A DNA stretch of 64,000 bases from Zetaproteobacteria bacterium (lineage in GTDB: Bacteria; Pseudomonadota; Zetaproteobacteria; Mariprofundales; Mariprofundaceae). The DNA is taken from the NCBI GenBank assembly GCA_002753275.1, contig PEAA01000005.1:493-64492 (forward strand), read 5' to 3'. Shown in pieces: positions 52,704 to 61,822 of the stretch; position 1 is the first letter of the stretch, and each line of letters starts with the position of its first letter. The notes under the pieces were generated by a model, which did not search any database, was not told the DNA's origin, and worked only from the letters and a program-made list of their open reading frames with translations. The position numbers and the translations under genes are program-made.

Positions 52704-53837
52704 TTATGCCTCGAAGTGTTGAATGATATGGATATATATTTGCGTTAATGTGATCAGTTCATCAATGGCCACTTGCTCATTGATTTGATGAATGGTTCGA
52801 TTGGTGAGCCCAAGTTCTACAACGGCAATTCCCGCTTTGGCCAGGAATCGACCATCCGAGGTTCCGCCACCTGTATCGCGGAGCGTCTTGATCCCTGTTA
52901 CCGCAGCAATCGCGTGGGCGACATGTTCAATGAATGGTCCAGATGGGGTAGAAAAGGCCTCGGCGACATGATTGATATTGAGTGTCGCATTGGTATCACC
53001 ACAACACGCATGCAGTAAGGTTGAGATCTGTTCAAAGCTGATCGATGGATTGTAGCGTATATCAACCCATGCTTCACATTGCCCAGGAATGATGTTGGTC
53101 GCTCCTGTTCCCCCTTTGACATTGGTGATTTGGCAACTGGTTGGGGGGAATCCATCTGCAGGCTCTCCCCAATGGATGTTGGCAATACGATCAAGTGCCG
53201 GCATGGCATGGTGAATGGCATTGTCGGCATCGGCTGGGTAGGCGGAGTGCCCTTGTTTCCCATGAAAAAGGATATGCGCTTGCACGACGCCGCGACGGCC
53301 ACGACGGATGGTATCCCCCACCTCTTTTGCACATGAGGGTTCGCCGACAATGACTGCATTGGGGAGCCATTGTTTTTTTTCTAAATATTCAACAATGCGG
53401 ATAGTGCCATCAATCGATTCACCCTCTTCATCAGAAGTGATCAGCAGTTGCATGGCGGGGAGTGGCTCGCCCCGTTGAATTAAGTGCATCAACGCCTGCA
53501 TCCAAGCGGCAATGGCACCTTTCATATCTTGTGCACCACGCCCATGTAGGATGTTGTTGTCATCGGTATGGGCAGAAAAGGGATCAAATGACCAACGCGT
53601 TAAAGGGCCTGTGGGAACCACATCGGTATGCCCTGCAAAGGCAAGGGTACCTGGTTTTTCACCTGGTCGAAAAAAGATGGAGTTGGTGACACCGCCGATG
53701 TCGATGTGTGTGCGGATGAAGCCAAAAGGAGCCAATGTCTTTTCCATCCAATCTTGGCAACCTGCATCATCCGGGGTGAGCGAGGCTCTACGAAGCAATT
53801 CAATGGCTAAATCAGTAACATGATGCATGGTTAGCAA
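52704..53837 (-). CDS. dapE: Succinyl-diaminopimelate desuccinylase (M20 family)
   Basis: [14 protein letters not shown] and GGTSDGRF are present. The protein is 377 aa. Confidence 0.9.
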   Translation of the reverse strand: MLTMHHVTDLAIELLRRASLTPDDAGCQDWMEKTLAPFGFIRTHIDIGGVTNSIFFRPGEKPGTLAFAGHTDVVPTGPLTRWSFDPFSAHTDDNNILHGRGAQDMKGAIAAWMQALMHLIQRGEPLPAMQLLITSDEEGESIDGTIRIVEYLEKKQWLPNAVIVGEPSCAKEVGDTIRRGRRGVVQAHILFHGKQGHSAYPADADNAIHHAMPALDRIANIHWGEPADGFPPTSCQITNVKGGTGATNIIPGQCEAWVDIRYNPSISFEQISTLLHACCGDTNATLNINHVAEAFSTPSGPFIEHVAHAIAAVTGIKTLRDTGGGTSDGRFLAKAGIAVVELGLTNRTIHQINEQVAIDELITLTQIYIHIIQHFEA

Positions 53838-53919
53838 CTTTTTATGCGAGCGTATGAAGTCGGTGATGTGAATAGATATTTAATTGGCATAACGAATCGT
53901 AGCATGGTTGAAGCTTTTA

Positions 53920-54912
53920 TCATCTGGAATCAAGTTGACAACGATGCAGTGAATGAATCAGCACGGTTTGGTTGATGCGCAATTGCTCGGGGCGATGCAC
54001 TAAATCATCTGCAAGCAGGGCGATGCCGTAATGGTGATGATCACCCGCACGCTCGTCTTCGACCATGCTTGTGTGGCTGGTAAGAATTGCCACCGTCACC
54101 GGTGATTCTTGTGTGATACTGTCTACAACAAACGCTTCACTCGGGTCTGCGTACCATGTGAGATGATATAGATGTTTTTTGTTCGTCACTCGCCACTGCA
54201 TTCGGCTGATAATCTCTTGCCCTGTATAACACCCTTTTGTGAACGAAACACCATGGTATTCAATAAGGTTTGCATAGAGCGCTGCGGTTTGTTGATCCCA
54301 GTCCGTGGGAAAATTGGGTGTGCCAAAGCGGGTGCATAGTTGCATAAAGGTTGCATGATCAATGGATGGTAATGCTGATAGGTTGATCGTCTCAAGGTCA
54401 CTCAGGTTGCCTATGAGCCAAAGACCATTGTTGGCCGCTTCATTGATCTTGAAGGCATAAATATTGTTGTGATGTTTGAGTGTGGTCGTTTGATAGGGGT
54501 GCAGCAGTGGTTGATGGAGTGCAATCCTTTGATCAGATTGAGAACCTTGTATGGCGTATATAGCCATGCTACGCACCCATCCGATCCGCAGCGTATAGCC
54601 AAGAGAAAATTGCCGCAGGCGCTCAACTACGGCAATAGCTTGGCAGGTTGGTGTCACGATGATGGTTTCACTCCCCGCATCGATGAGCCAAAGGGGGGCG
54701 ATTACTTTTCCTTGAGGGGTTAAAATCAGGCTGTAAATACCTTGGTCTGGGGTTAATTTACTCAGATCTTGAGTGAGTTGCCCTTGCAGGTATTGGCGAT
54801 GATTCTCGCCCGATATTTTGACGATAGAGAGATCTTCACGCAGGCAATGAAGCGCACCGTTGTTTAAGGTTTCGAGCCATGAAGTCTCAAGAGGGACGCT
54901 GTGGATTGGCAT
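53920..54912 (-). CDS. ygfZ: YgfZ-type folate-binding Fe-S cluster repair protein
   Basis: The YgfZ signature KGCYTGQE is present as TKGCYTGQEIISR. I chose the start at the ATG at 54912, because the tracked ORF extension would overlap the MIF gene. Confidence 0.8.
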   Translation of the reverse strand: MPIHSVPLETSWLETLNNGALHCLREDLSIVKISGENHRQYLQGQLTQDLSKLTPDQGIYSLILTPQGKVIAPLWLIDAGSETIIVTPTCQAIAVVERLRQFSLGYTLRIGWVRSMAIYAIQGSQSDQRIALHQPLLHPYQTTTLKHHNNIYAFKINEAANNGLWLIGNLSDLETINLSALPSIDHATFMQLCTRFGTPNFPTDWDQQTAALYANLIEYHGVSFTKGCYTGQEIISRMQWRVTNKKHLYHLTWYADPSEAFVVDSITQESPVTVAILTSHTSMVEDERAGDHHHYGIALLADDLVHRPEQLRINQTVLIHSLHRCQLDSR

Positions 54913-54934
54913 ATTAGGGCGTGATTTTTTTTCT

Positions 54935-55273
54935 TTAAAAGGTGCTGTTATTCCAGCCAAACATGTTGGAAGCTGGCGCTGAAAATTCAATGTAGATACG
55001 GGCTGGATCGATACCCATTTCATCTTCCAACAGTTCACAAAGGGTATGTGAAAGTTCATCGGTTGTTGTTGGTTTTAAACCAAGGCTTTTAAGTTCAACA
55101 AACGCGAGAGGATCGGTAGAGGCTGCAAAACACATCTCTTGCTTGCTATGCAGATGAACCATGACATAGCGCTCATCTTTTCCAAGCGCCATCGCGATTT
55201 CATGGGAGACTATTTTGGTGAGCGCATGGGGTTGCGCAATTTCAATGTTGGTAGATATAACGATTACGGGCAT
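54935..55273 (-). CDS. MIF / D-dopachrome tautomerase family protein (113 aa)
   Basis: It starts MPVIVISTNIE, giving the catalytic Pro-1 after Met removal. It ends ...IYIEFSAPASNMFGWNNSTF, which shares the GWNNSTF C-terminal heptad with vertebrate MIF. GGAG lies upstream of the ATG at 55273. Confidence 0.85.
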   Translation of the reverse strand: MPVIVISTNIEIAQPHALTKIVSHEIAMALGKDERYVMVHLHSKQEMCFAASTDPLAFVELKSLGLKPTTTDELSHTLCELLEDEMGIDPARIYIEFSAPASNMFGWNNSTF

Positions 55274-55304
55274 GTATGGCTCCAAATGATCTGAGGGTTC
55301 GCTT

Positions 55305-55424
55305 TTAGCCGATATACTCATCATCTTTGTGTTTGTTAATTTTGTAACGCTTGGTTGCAAAATAACCCGCCCACCAGCTAAAAAGGGCAAAGGGTAGTAA
55401 AATTAACAGTAGCTTCCAATCCAT
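55305..55424 (-). CDS. Candidate small membrane protein (39 aa) translationally coupled to rnfE
   Basis: It is not in the ORF track because it is under 60 aa. The minus-strand ATG at 55424-55422 shares one nt with the rnfE TAA (TAATG). The product is MDWKLLLILLPFALFSWWAGYFATKRYKINKHKDDEYIG, one TM helix plus a charged tail. Confidence 0.4.
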   Translation of the reverse strand: MDWKLLLILLPFALFSWWAGYFATKRYKINKHKDDEYIG

Positions 55425-56104
55425 TACAGGGTGACCTCACGAGGGTGTTGCCGTTGCTCTTTTTTTGCAGCCTCTAAACCTTGATTGATTTTATTGACGA
55501 TGGCAAGAATGAATCCGAGTGCAATGAATGCGCCAGGCGGTAAAATGAACATTAACATATTGGGGTAGTCCGCCCCGAAAACTACTGTTCCAAAAATCAT
55601 CCCTTGACCCAACAGTTCACGAACGGTGCCAAGAATAACCAGTGCGAGAGTGAAGCCACTTCCCATGGCCAAGGCATCGAGCAGTGAATCGGCCGCGCTA
55701 TTTTTGCTGGCAAAGGCCTCTGCACGACCAAGAATTGTACAGTTGACCACAATCAATGGAATGAATAGACCCAGCACTTGATGCATTCCATGCATCCATG
55801 CATTCATGGCCAGGTCAACAATGGTGACAAATGCGGCAATAATGGTGATGTATACGGGAATGCGAACTTGCTTGGGCACAATATGGCGAATGGATGAGAC
55901 CACGCCATTGGATGCGATCAACACCAAAAGGGTGGCAAGCCCCATCCATAAGCCATTTTCGGCAGAGGTTGTGACGCCCAGAAGAGGGCACATGCCCAAA
56001 AGTTGTGCAAAGATCGCATTGTTAAACCATAGCCCATCCAGGATGATGCGTTGTTGCGCTGAAGGTTCTTTTGCGATGGGCGCGGATAGCGTTGCTTCAT
56101 TCAT
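55424..56104 (-). CDS. rnfE: Rnf electron-transport complex subunit E
   Basis: It has the RnfE/NqrD-like sequence NNAIFAQLLGMCPLLGVTTS. It overlaps rnfG by 8 nt. Confidence 0.93.
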   Translation of the reverse strand: MNEATLSAPIAKEPSAQQRIILDGLWFNNAIFAQLLGMCPLLGVTTSAENGLWMGLATLLVLIASNGVVSSIRHIVPKQVRIPVYITIIAAFVTIVDLAMNAWMHGMHQVLGLFIPLIVVNCTILGRAEAFASKNSAADSLLDALAMGSGFTLALVILGTVRELLGQGMIFGTVVFGADYPNMLMFILPPGAFIALGFILAIVNKINQGLEAAKKEQRQHPREVTL

Positions 56105-56744
56105 GGTTCTCCTCCTTATTCAATGTTGAGGCGGCTTTAAAAATTTGTTGGCGTGATTGAGAAAACCATAACAGTTCTTGGTGGAGAGTCTTGATCACTG
56201 CGCGCGGAGTGATGGTGGCTCCTGTAAACTGATCAAAGTCACCGCCATCTTTTTTTACACCCCAAACAATGGTGTTGAGTGTTTGCCCATTAAAATGATC
56301 AATCCAAGGTTGGTTTTTGGTAATGCCATCACCAAGGCCAGGCGTCTCTTTATGATCGGTAATGCGCATAGCATGCATGCGACCCTCGCTGTTGACGCCC
56401 ATGAGAATATAGATGGAGCCTGCATAACCATCGTTGGCAATAGTCTCCCAAGCAAAGCCAACAATGTTTCCATTGGCATCACGGGCACTATAGAGCAGAT
56501 GGTGTTCGTCTTTGAGTGTTGGGGTTGCAATGGTGAGCGTCTCATCGAGAGGCTGATTGGTATAGGGAGGGAGCACTTCTGTCAGTGCCGAATGTAGTGC
56601 TGTGCGTTTGGCTTGGGCAATGGGTTCGTGGGTAAAGATATCGGTTAATGCCAGCAGAAAGGTGGTGAGGAGCCCCACAATAAAAAGTGCCATGACCATT
56701 TGCCACTGTTCGCGATCAATATTCATCCATGGGCGTTGACTCAT
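56097..56744 (-). CDS. rnfG: Rnf complex subunit G (FMN-binding)
   Basis: It has an N-terminal TM helix and the FMN attachment context ATITPRAV in FTGATITPRAVIK. Confidence 0.88.
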   Translation of the reverse strand: MSQRPWMNIDREQWQMVMALFIVGLLTTFLLALTDIFTHEPIAQAKRTALHSALTEVLPPYTNQPLDETLTIATPTLKDEHHLLYSARDANGNIVGFAWETIANDGYAGSIYILMGVNSEGRMHAMRITDHKETPGLGDGITKNQPWIDHFNGQTLNTIVWGVKKDGGDFDQFTGATITPRAVIKTLHQELLWFSQSRQQIFKAASTLNKEENHE

Positions 56745-57793
56745 GATGCAGCTCTTCCATAAACACGCGGGCGTGTGTAGTGATCAATCAGGGGGACTGC
56801 GCAGTTCATAAGCATGACGGCAAACATCGCCCCTTCGGGGTAACCACCAAAGTTACGGATACTCCACGTGATCAGGCCGCAACCGATACCAAAGATGAGC
56901 TGACCCTTGTGGGTGACAGGGGAGGAGACGGGATCCGTTGCCATGAAAAAAGCACAGAGCATTAAACCTCCCGCCATTAAGTGAAAAAGCGGGGGGGCAA
57001 ATTGATTGGGAGCAATGAGGGAGGATATGAGCGATAATAGGGCGACTGTGATCAAAAATGAGCAGGGGATTTGCCAACGAATCACCCCTTTGCCGAGTAG
57101 AAAAAGACCGCCAAGTAGCAGGGCGAGCGCGCTGCTTTCGCCAATACTTCCGCCTTCATTGCCAATGAAGGCATCGAGCCAATGATAAGGGTAATGGGCA
57201 AGTGCATCGGGCACGGAGATGCCTTGGCTTAGTGCCGTTTTAACATGGCCTAAAGGTGTCGCCATGGTGATGGCATCAAGGGAGGTGTTGAGTGATTGCA
57301 CTCCGAAAAAGAAGAGTTGGCTTGCGATAGAAAAATCATAGAGATTCAAGAGGTGATCAACGCTCATCGGTGTGATCCATGAAGTCATCTGAAGGGGGAA
57401 TGAGATGAGTAGAATAACCCGTGCAGAGAGTGCGGGGTTAAAGGGGTTGTAGCCCAATCCACCGTAGATCTGTTTGCTCAGGATAATGGCAAACATCGCT
57501 GCTAAAATGGTCATCCACCATGGGGTGAGTGCAGGGAGTGTTAAGGCAATCAATAAGCCCGTCAGTGCTGCAGACCCATCAAACATAGGCGCAATTGGTC
57601 GTTTCATTAAGCGCAGACATCCCCATTCACTTACCAGTGCCGCTCCCATGCAACTTACAATGATTAAAAAGGATAACCAACCAAAGAGATAGACGCTAAA
57701 GAGGGTTGCGGGAATGAGCGAAAGGATGACGCTAAACATCACCTTGCGAATGCTGTTTCCTCCATGAATATGGGGAGAGCTGAGTAAAATCAT
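56741..57793 (-). CDS. rnfD: Rnf complex subunit D
   Basis: It is a polytopic membrane protein. It begins SSPHIH and carries the FMN-site context ATDPVSSP. It has ATGA overlaps on both sides. Confidence 0.93.
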   Translation of the reverse strand: MILLSSPHIHGGNSIRKVMFSVILSLIPATLFSVYLFGWLSFLIIVSCMGAALVSEWGCLRLMKRPIAPMFDGSAALTGLLIALTLPALTPWWMTILAAMFAIILSKQIYGGLGYNPFNPALSARVILLISFPLQMTSWITPMSVDHLLNLYDFSIASQLFFFGVQSLNTSLDAITMATPLGHVKTALSQGISVPDALAHYPYHWLDAFIGNEGGSIGESSALALLLGGLFLLGKGVIRWQIPCSFLITVALLSLISSLIAPNQFAPPLFHLMAGGLMLCAFFMATDPVSSPVTHKGQLIFGIGCGLITWSIRNFGGYPEGAMFAVMLMNCAVPLIDHYTRPRVYGRAAS

Positions 57794-59301
57794 GACTGAC
57801 CTTCAGTGGGTTGCGTCGGTGGTGTGACGGGGGCGGTTGCTGCGCGCGCCTGTTTGCGTTTGGCGGCGGCGGCCTCTTTCGCCTCTTTTTCGCGCTGTAT
57901 GCGCGCTTCTTTGGCACTTGAGCGCTGGCGAGATTCATCGGCAAACGCTTTCTCTCGTTTGATGGTTGCAAGCTGCCCTTTGCCGTAACGGAAGTAGTGC
58001 ACTAAGGGGATGTGTGATGGACAGACATAACTACAACAGCCACACTCAATACAGTCAAAGAGATGGTAGTCGGCAACTTTTTCGAATTGATCTTGACGGC
58101 ATAGATCGGCCAGAAGATTGGGGGTTAAACTGGCCGGACAGACTTGGCTACAGTCACCACAACGAATGCAAGGGGACTCCTCTTTGTGTGCGGCCATCAT
58201 CGTTTGTGGAAGGAAGGCTAAAACGGCATTGGTGGCTTTAACCACTGGTGCATGCGCATGCCCTAAACGCTCGCCCATCATGGGGCCACCATGGATCAGA
58301 TGGCAACCATCCATGTTTTCTAAGCCATGCCAAGCTAGAAGTTGGTCGATTGGCGTGCCAAGGCGGACACGCATATTCCCAGGATTGGGCATGGCATCGC
58401 CACTTACGGTCACGACCCGCTCAATCAGTGGTTTCCCCCATAAGATCGCATCGTGAATGGCTTTGGTGGTGCCAACATTTTGGCAGATCAGACCGATGTG
58501 TAACGGAAGCTTTCCTGCAGGAACCTGTTTTTTGGTGAGAAATTCAATCAGCTGTTTTTCACTTCCTTGTGGATAGCTACTGGGCAGGGATTTGACTTCA
58601 ATGTGGTGCAATTCTTGCGCCGTAATGATGCGTTGAAAGCATGCGATGGCATCGGGCTTATTGTCTTCAATGGCAATGATTGCGGTGTTCGCCTTGACCA
58701 TGTGCAGGATCATTTGTAAACCAAGCACAATTTCTTCACTGTGTTCAACCATTAAACGGTGATCATTGGTGAGATAGGGTTCGCATTCTGCACCATTCAG
58801 AATCACCGATTCAATGGGGTGGTTTTTATCTTGCAATAGCTTGATGAAAGTGGGGAAAACAGCGCCGCCAAGCCCCGCGATACCCGATAAGCGAACCCGT
58901 TCACGCAGTATGGAAGGTTCAAGTTGTTTCCAATCCTGGAGGGTGGCGAGGGTCGTGTCCCATTGGTCGTTACCATCAGCTTCAATAAATATTGACTCCA
59001 TCGATAGACCCGAGGGGTGGGTGATCGCATGTTCTCCGATTTTGGTGATGATCCCTGAGGTCGGTGCATGAATGGCAGCTGAGAGATATCCTTGTGATTT
59101 GGCGATTTTCTGCCCTTTGAGGACTCGATCACCAACACGCACAAGCGGTGTGCATATTTCACCAATATGTTGTTTTAAGGGTAAAATATAGTGGCTAGAG
59201 AGAGGTGCTTCAGCAATCGCTGCAGTTGCCGTGAGCTTATGTTTTTCGGGATAGATGCCGGTCACCTTGGGCTGAAAAAGAGAGCGGAGTGATTTAAGCA
59301 T
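57790..59301 (-). CDS. rnfC: Rnf complex subunit C (NADH-binding, 2x[4Fe-4S]) with K/A/E-rich C-terminal tail
   Basis: The two ferredoxin motifs are CIRCGDCSQVCP and CIECGCCSYVCP. I chose the ATG at 59301, which overlaps rnfB by 8 nt. The tracked ORF starts at a TTG at 59328. Confidence 0.92.
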   Translation of the reverse strand: MLKSLRSLFQPKVTGIYPEKHKLTATAAIAEAPLSSHYILPLKQHIGEICTPLVRVGDRVLKGQKIAKSQGYLSAAIHAPTSGIITKIGEHAITHPSGLSMESIFIEADGNDQWDTTLATLQDWKQLEPSILRERVRLSGIAGLGGAVFPTFIKLLQDKNHPIESVILNGAECEPYLTNDHRLMVEHSEEIVLGLQMILHMVKANTAIIAIEDNKPDAIACFQRIITAQELHHIEVKSLPSSYPQGSEKQLIEFLTKKQVPAGKLPLHIGLICQNVGTTKAIHDAILWGKPLIERVVTVSGDAMPNPGNMRVRLGTPIDQLLAWHGLENMDGCHLIHGGPMMGERLGHAHAPVVKATNAVLAFLPQTMMAAHKEESPCIRCGDCSQVCPASLTPNLLADLCRQDQFEKVADYHLFDCIECGCCSYVCPSHIPLVHYFRYGKGQLATIKREKAFADESRQRSSAKEARIQREKEAKEAAAAKRKQARAATAPVTPPTQPTEGQS

Positions 59302-59875
59302 GATGTTGTTCCTTGCGTTCGTGCCCAAGTTCTGCGCGGTTGCTGCCAGGAAGTGGCCATGCCCAATGTTCGAGTAATTCAGGTTTGATTAACATATCAA
59401 TACAATCGACAGGACAAGGCTCAAGGCATAGCGTGCAACCCGTGCAATCCTTGGCGATAATGGTGTGATATTGTTTGGGTGCGCCAACAATGGCATCAAC
59501 AGGACACGATTTAATACAGAGTGTGCAGCCAATGCACTCATCTTCACGAATGAATGCGACCATCGGTGCGGTTGGACCCTCTTCGATCTCTTTGGGTTCA
59601 ACCCCCATTAAATCGGCAATGGCAAGCATGGTGCGTTCTCCGCCTGGGATGCAGTGATTGACCTCAGCGCGCTCCTCAGCCACTGCCGTGGCGTAGGGTT
59701 TACAACCAGGGAATCCACATTGTCCGCATTGTGTTTGCGGCAAGAGGGCGTCAATTTTTTCAACGATAGGATCGCCTTCAACCTTGAAAAAACGGGTGGC
59801 AATGGCCAAAAGTATGCCCGAAATGAGTGCAAATAGACTAAAAGAGAGCATTGCTGTAAAGAGGTTTTGCATCAT
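59294..59875 (-). CDS. rnfB: Rnf complex subunit B (polyferredoxin)
   Basis: It has an N-terminal TM helix, CGQCGFPGCKPYA, and two 4Fe-4S motifs (CIGCTLCIKSCP and CTGCTLCLEPCP). Confidence 0.92.
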   Translation of the reverse strand: MMQNLFTAMLSFSLFALISGILLAIATRFFKVEGDPIVEKIDALLPQTQCGQCGFPGCKPYATAVAEERAEVNHCIPGGERTMLAIADLMGVEPKEIEEGPTAPMVAFIREDECIGCTLCIKSCPVDAIVGAPKQYHTIIAKDCTGCTLCLEPCPVDCIDMLIKPELLEHWAWPLPGSNRAELGHERKEQHHA

Positions 59876-59878
59876 GCG

Positions 59879-60460
59879 TTAAAACTTCACCAAGCCAGAA
59901 AAACCCATGAATGCGAGGGACATCATGCCTGCGGTAATCAAGGTCAAGGGGGAGCCTTTGAATGCTTTGGGTGTGGGTGCGCCATCAAGCCGTTCGCGCA
60001 GCCCAGCAAAAAGAATCAACACAAGTCCAAATCCGATTGCAGCACCAAGCCCATAAAATGCCGAGGTGAAAAGGCCATGGTCATGCTGGATATTTAATAA
60101 AGCAACGCCAAGAACCGCACAGTTGGTGGTGATTAAAGGCAAGAAAATCCCCAATCCTTGGTAAAGAACAGGGCTGGTTTTATGAATCATCATCTCAATA
60201 AATTGCACAAGCACTGCAATGATAAGAATGAAAAAGATCGTTTGTAGATAGAGAATATCAAGCGGAATTAAAATATATTGCTGCACAAGCCATGAGGCTG
60301 TTGAGGCAAGGGTCATGACAAACATCACCGCAAAAGACATGCCGATCGCCGTTTCAACCTTGCCCGAGACCCCAAGAAAGGGACATATTCCAAGGAATTT
60401 GGCGAGCACATAGTTGTTGACTAAAATGGTGGATAATAAAATAACGGCAAATTCGTACAT
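59879..60460 (-). CDS. rnfA: Rnf complex subunit A
   Basis: [32 protein letters not shown] matches the RnfA/NqrE N-terminal consensus. Confidence 0.95.
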   Translation of the reverse strand: MYEFAVILLSTILVNNYVLAKFLGICPFLGVSGKVETAIGMSFAVMFVMTLASTASWLVQQYILIPLDILYLQTIFFILIIAVLVQFIEMMIHKTSPVLYQGLGIFLPLITTNCAVLGVALLNIQHDHGLFTSAFYGLGAAIGFGLVLILFAGLRERLDGAPTPKAFKGSPLTLITAGMMSLAFMGFSGLVKF

Positions 60461-60469
60461 GTTAGCCGA

Positions 60470-60498
60470 ACTATAGTGATCGATGTGAGGTTGGTCAT
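60470..60498 (-). promoter_or_regulatory. Candidate rnf promoter very close to the rnfA start
   Basis: The minus strand reads ATGACC - 17 nt - TATAGT - TCGGCTAAC - ATG. No Shine-Dalgarno is visible in the 9 nt before the ATG. Confidence 0.3.
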
Positions 60499-60548
60499 CC
60501 TAATATATGTAAGGATTTCAGAATAAGAGCCATTTTAACCCGGACGCT

Positions 60549-60580
60549 TCATGAAGCCTTTGGCTTCGTGATATTTTTTT
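60549..60580 (+). terminator. Orphan intrinsic-terminator-like hairpin on the plus strand
   Basis: The sequence TCATGAAGCC-TTT-GGCTTCGTGA forms a 10-bp stem with one G-U. It is followed by TATTTTTTT. No plus-strand gene lies upstream of it. Confidence 0.4.
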
Positions 60581-60726
60581 AATGCGTTTAACGACGCTAT
60601 ATCTTATTGTTTTGGGGGAAGGAGTGCTTATCCATGAATAACTGTGTGCTCCCTCGTGCGACAGGAAATATATGTTCGAACAAGCCGTTAAGAATAATTG
60701 ATGGTGTGTTGCATTAAATCAAAATT

Positions 60727-60930
60727 TAGCGCCTGGCATGCGCGTGGTGATCTGCGATGCCGAATGGGTAATTCGTTGCGCTGACAGAGCGTCAGATGGC
60801 GGCTATCAGTTAGAGTGCGATGGTATCTCTGAAATCGTACGCGGCCAGCAGGCGATCCTGGGTTCTGCAGACACCGAGATCATTGCCGATGATGGCGCAG
60901 CCACGCTACTCAATGATCTGATTCAGGCCT
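60727..60930 (+). pseudogene. GC-rich remnant encoding ~65 aa resembling the N-terminal small beta-domain of SNF2/DEAD-type helicases
   Basis: It translates as LAPGMRVVICDAEWVIRCADRASDGGYQLECDGISEIVRGQQAILGSADTEIIADDGAATLLNDLIQ, after which the protein-like character is lost. By hand count, 113/200 nt are G+C in 60731-60930, against 78/200 in 60531-60730. The family resemblance is from memory only. Confidence 0.35.
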
Positions 60931-60995
60931 CGAATAACACGACACGCAAGGCAGGCAGAGAAAAGTCAGCTGTGCTCTTTGCACGGGGTATATTC

Positions 60996-61024
60996 TTGAC
61001 AGCGCCCCCCCCTGTGATTAAATC
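60996..61024 (+). promoter_or_regulatory. Candidate promoter of the ABC transporter operon with a C8 tract in the spacer
   Basis: The -35 is TTGACA (60996-61001). The 17-nt spacer GCGCCCCCCCCTGTGAT contains C8 (61005-61012). The -10 is the weak TAAATC. It lies ~45 nt upstream of the ATG at 61067. Confidence 0.3.
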
Positions 61025-61066
61025 AGGACTTCGATTAAAATAAAAATAGAAAAGATGAGGGAATGA

Positions 61067-61819
<753 letters not shown>

Positions 61820-61822
61820 CCT

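Noticed and set aside
54913-55390. These are long N-terminal extensions of the ygfZ (to 55059) and MIF (to 55390) ORFs.
   Set aside because: The extensions overlap the neighbouring genes. MIF-family enzymes require Pro directly after the initiator Met (MPVIV at 55273). The YgfZ homology starts at MPIHSVPLE.
60738-61043. This is the 101-aa ORF considered as an intact gene.
   Set aside because: Only the first ~65 residues look like a folded domain. The rest (SNNTTRKAGREKSAVLFARGIFLTAPPPVIKSGLRLK) is low-complexity and runs through the poly-C tract and the candidate promoter. I treat it as a gene fragment.
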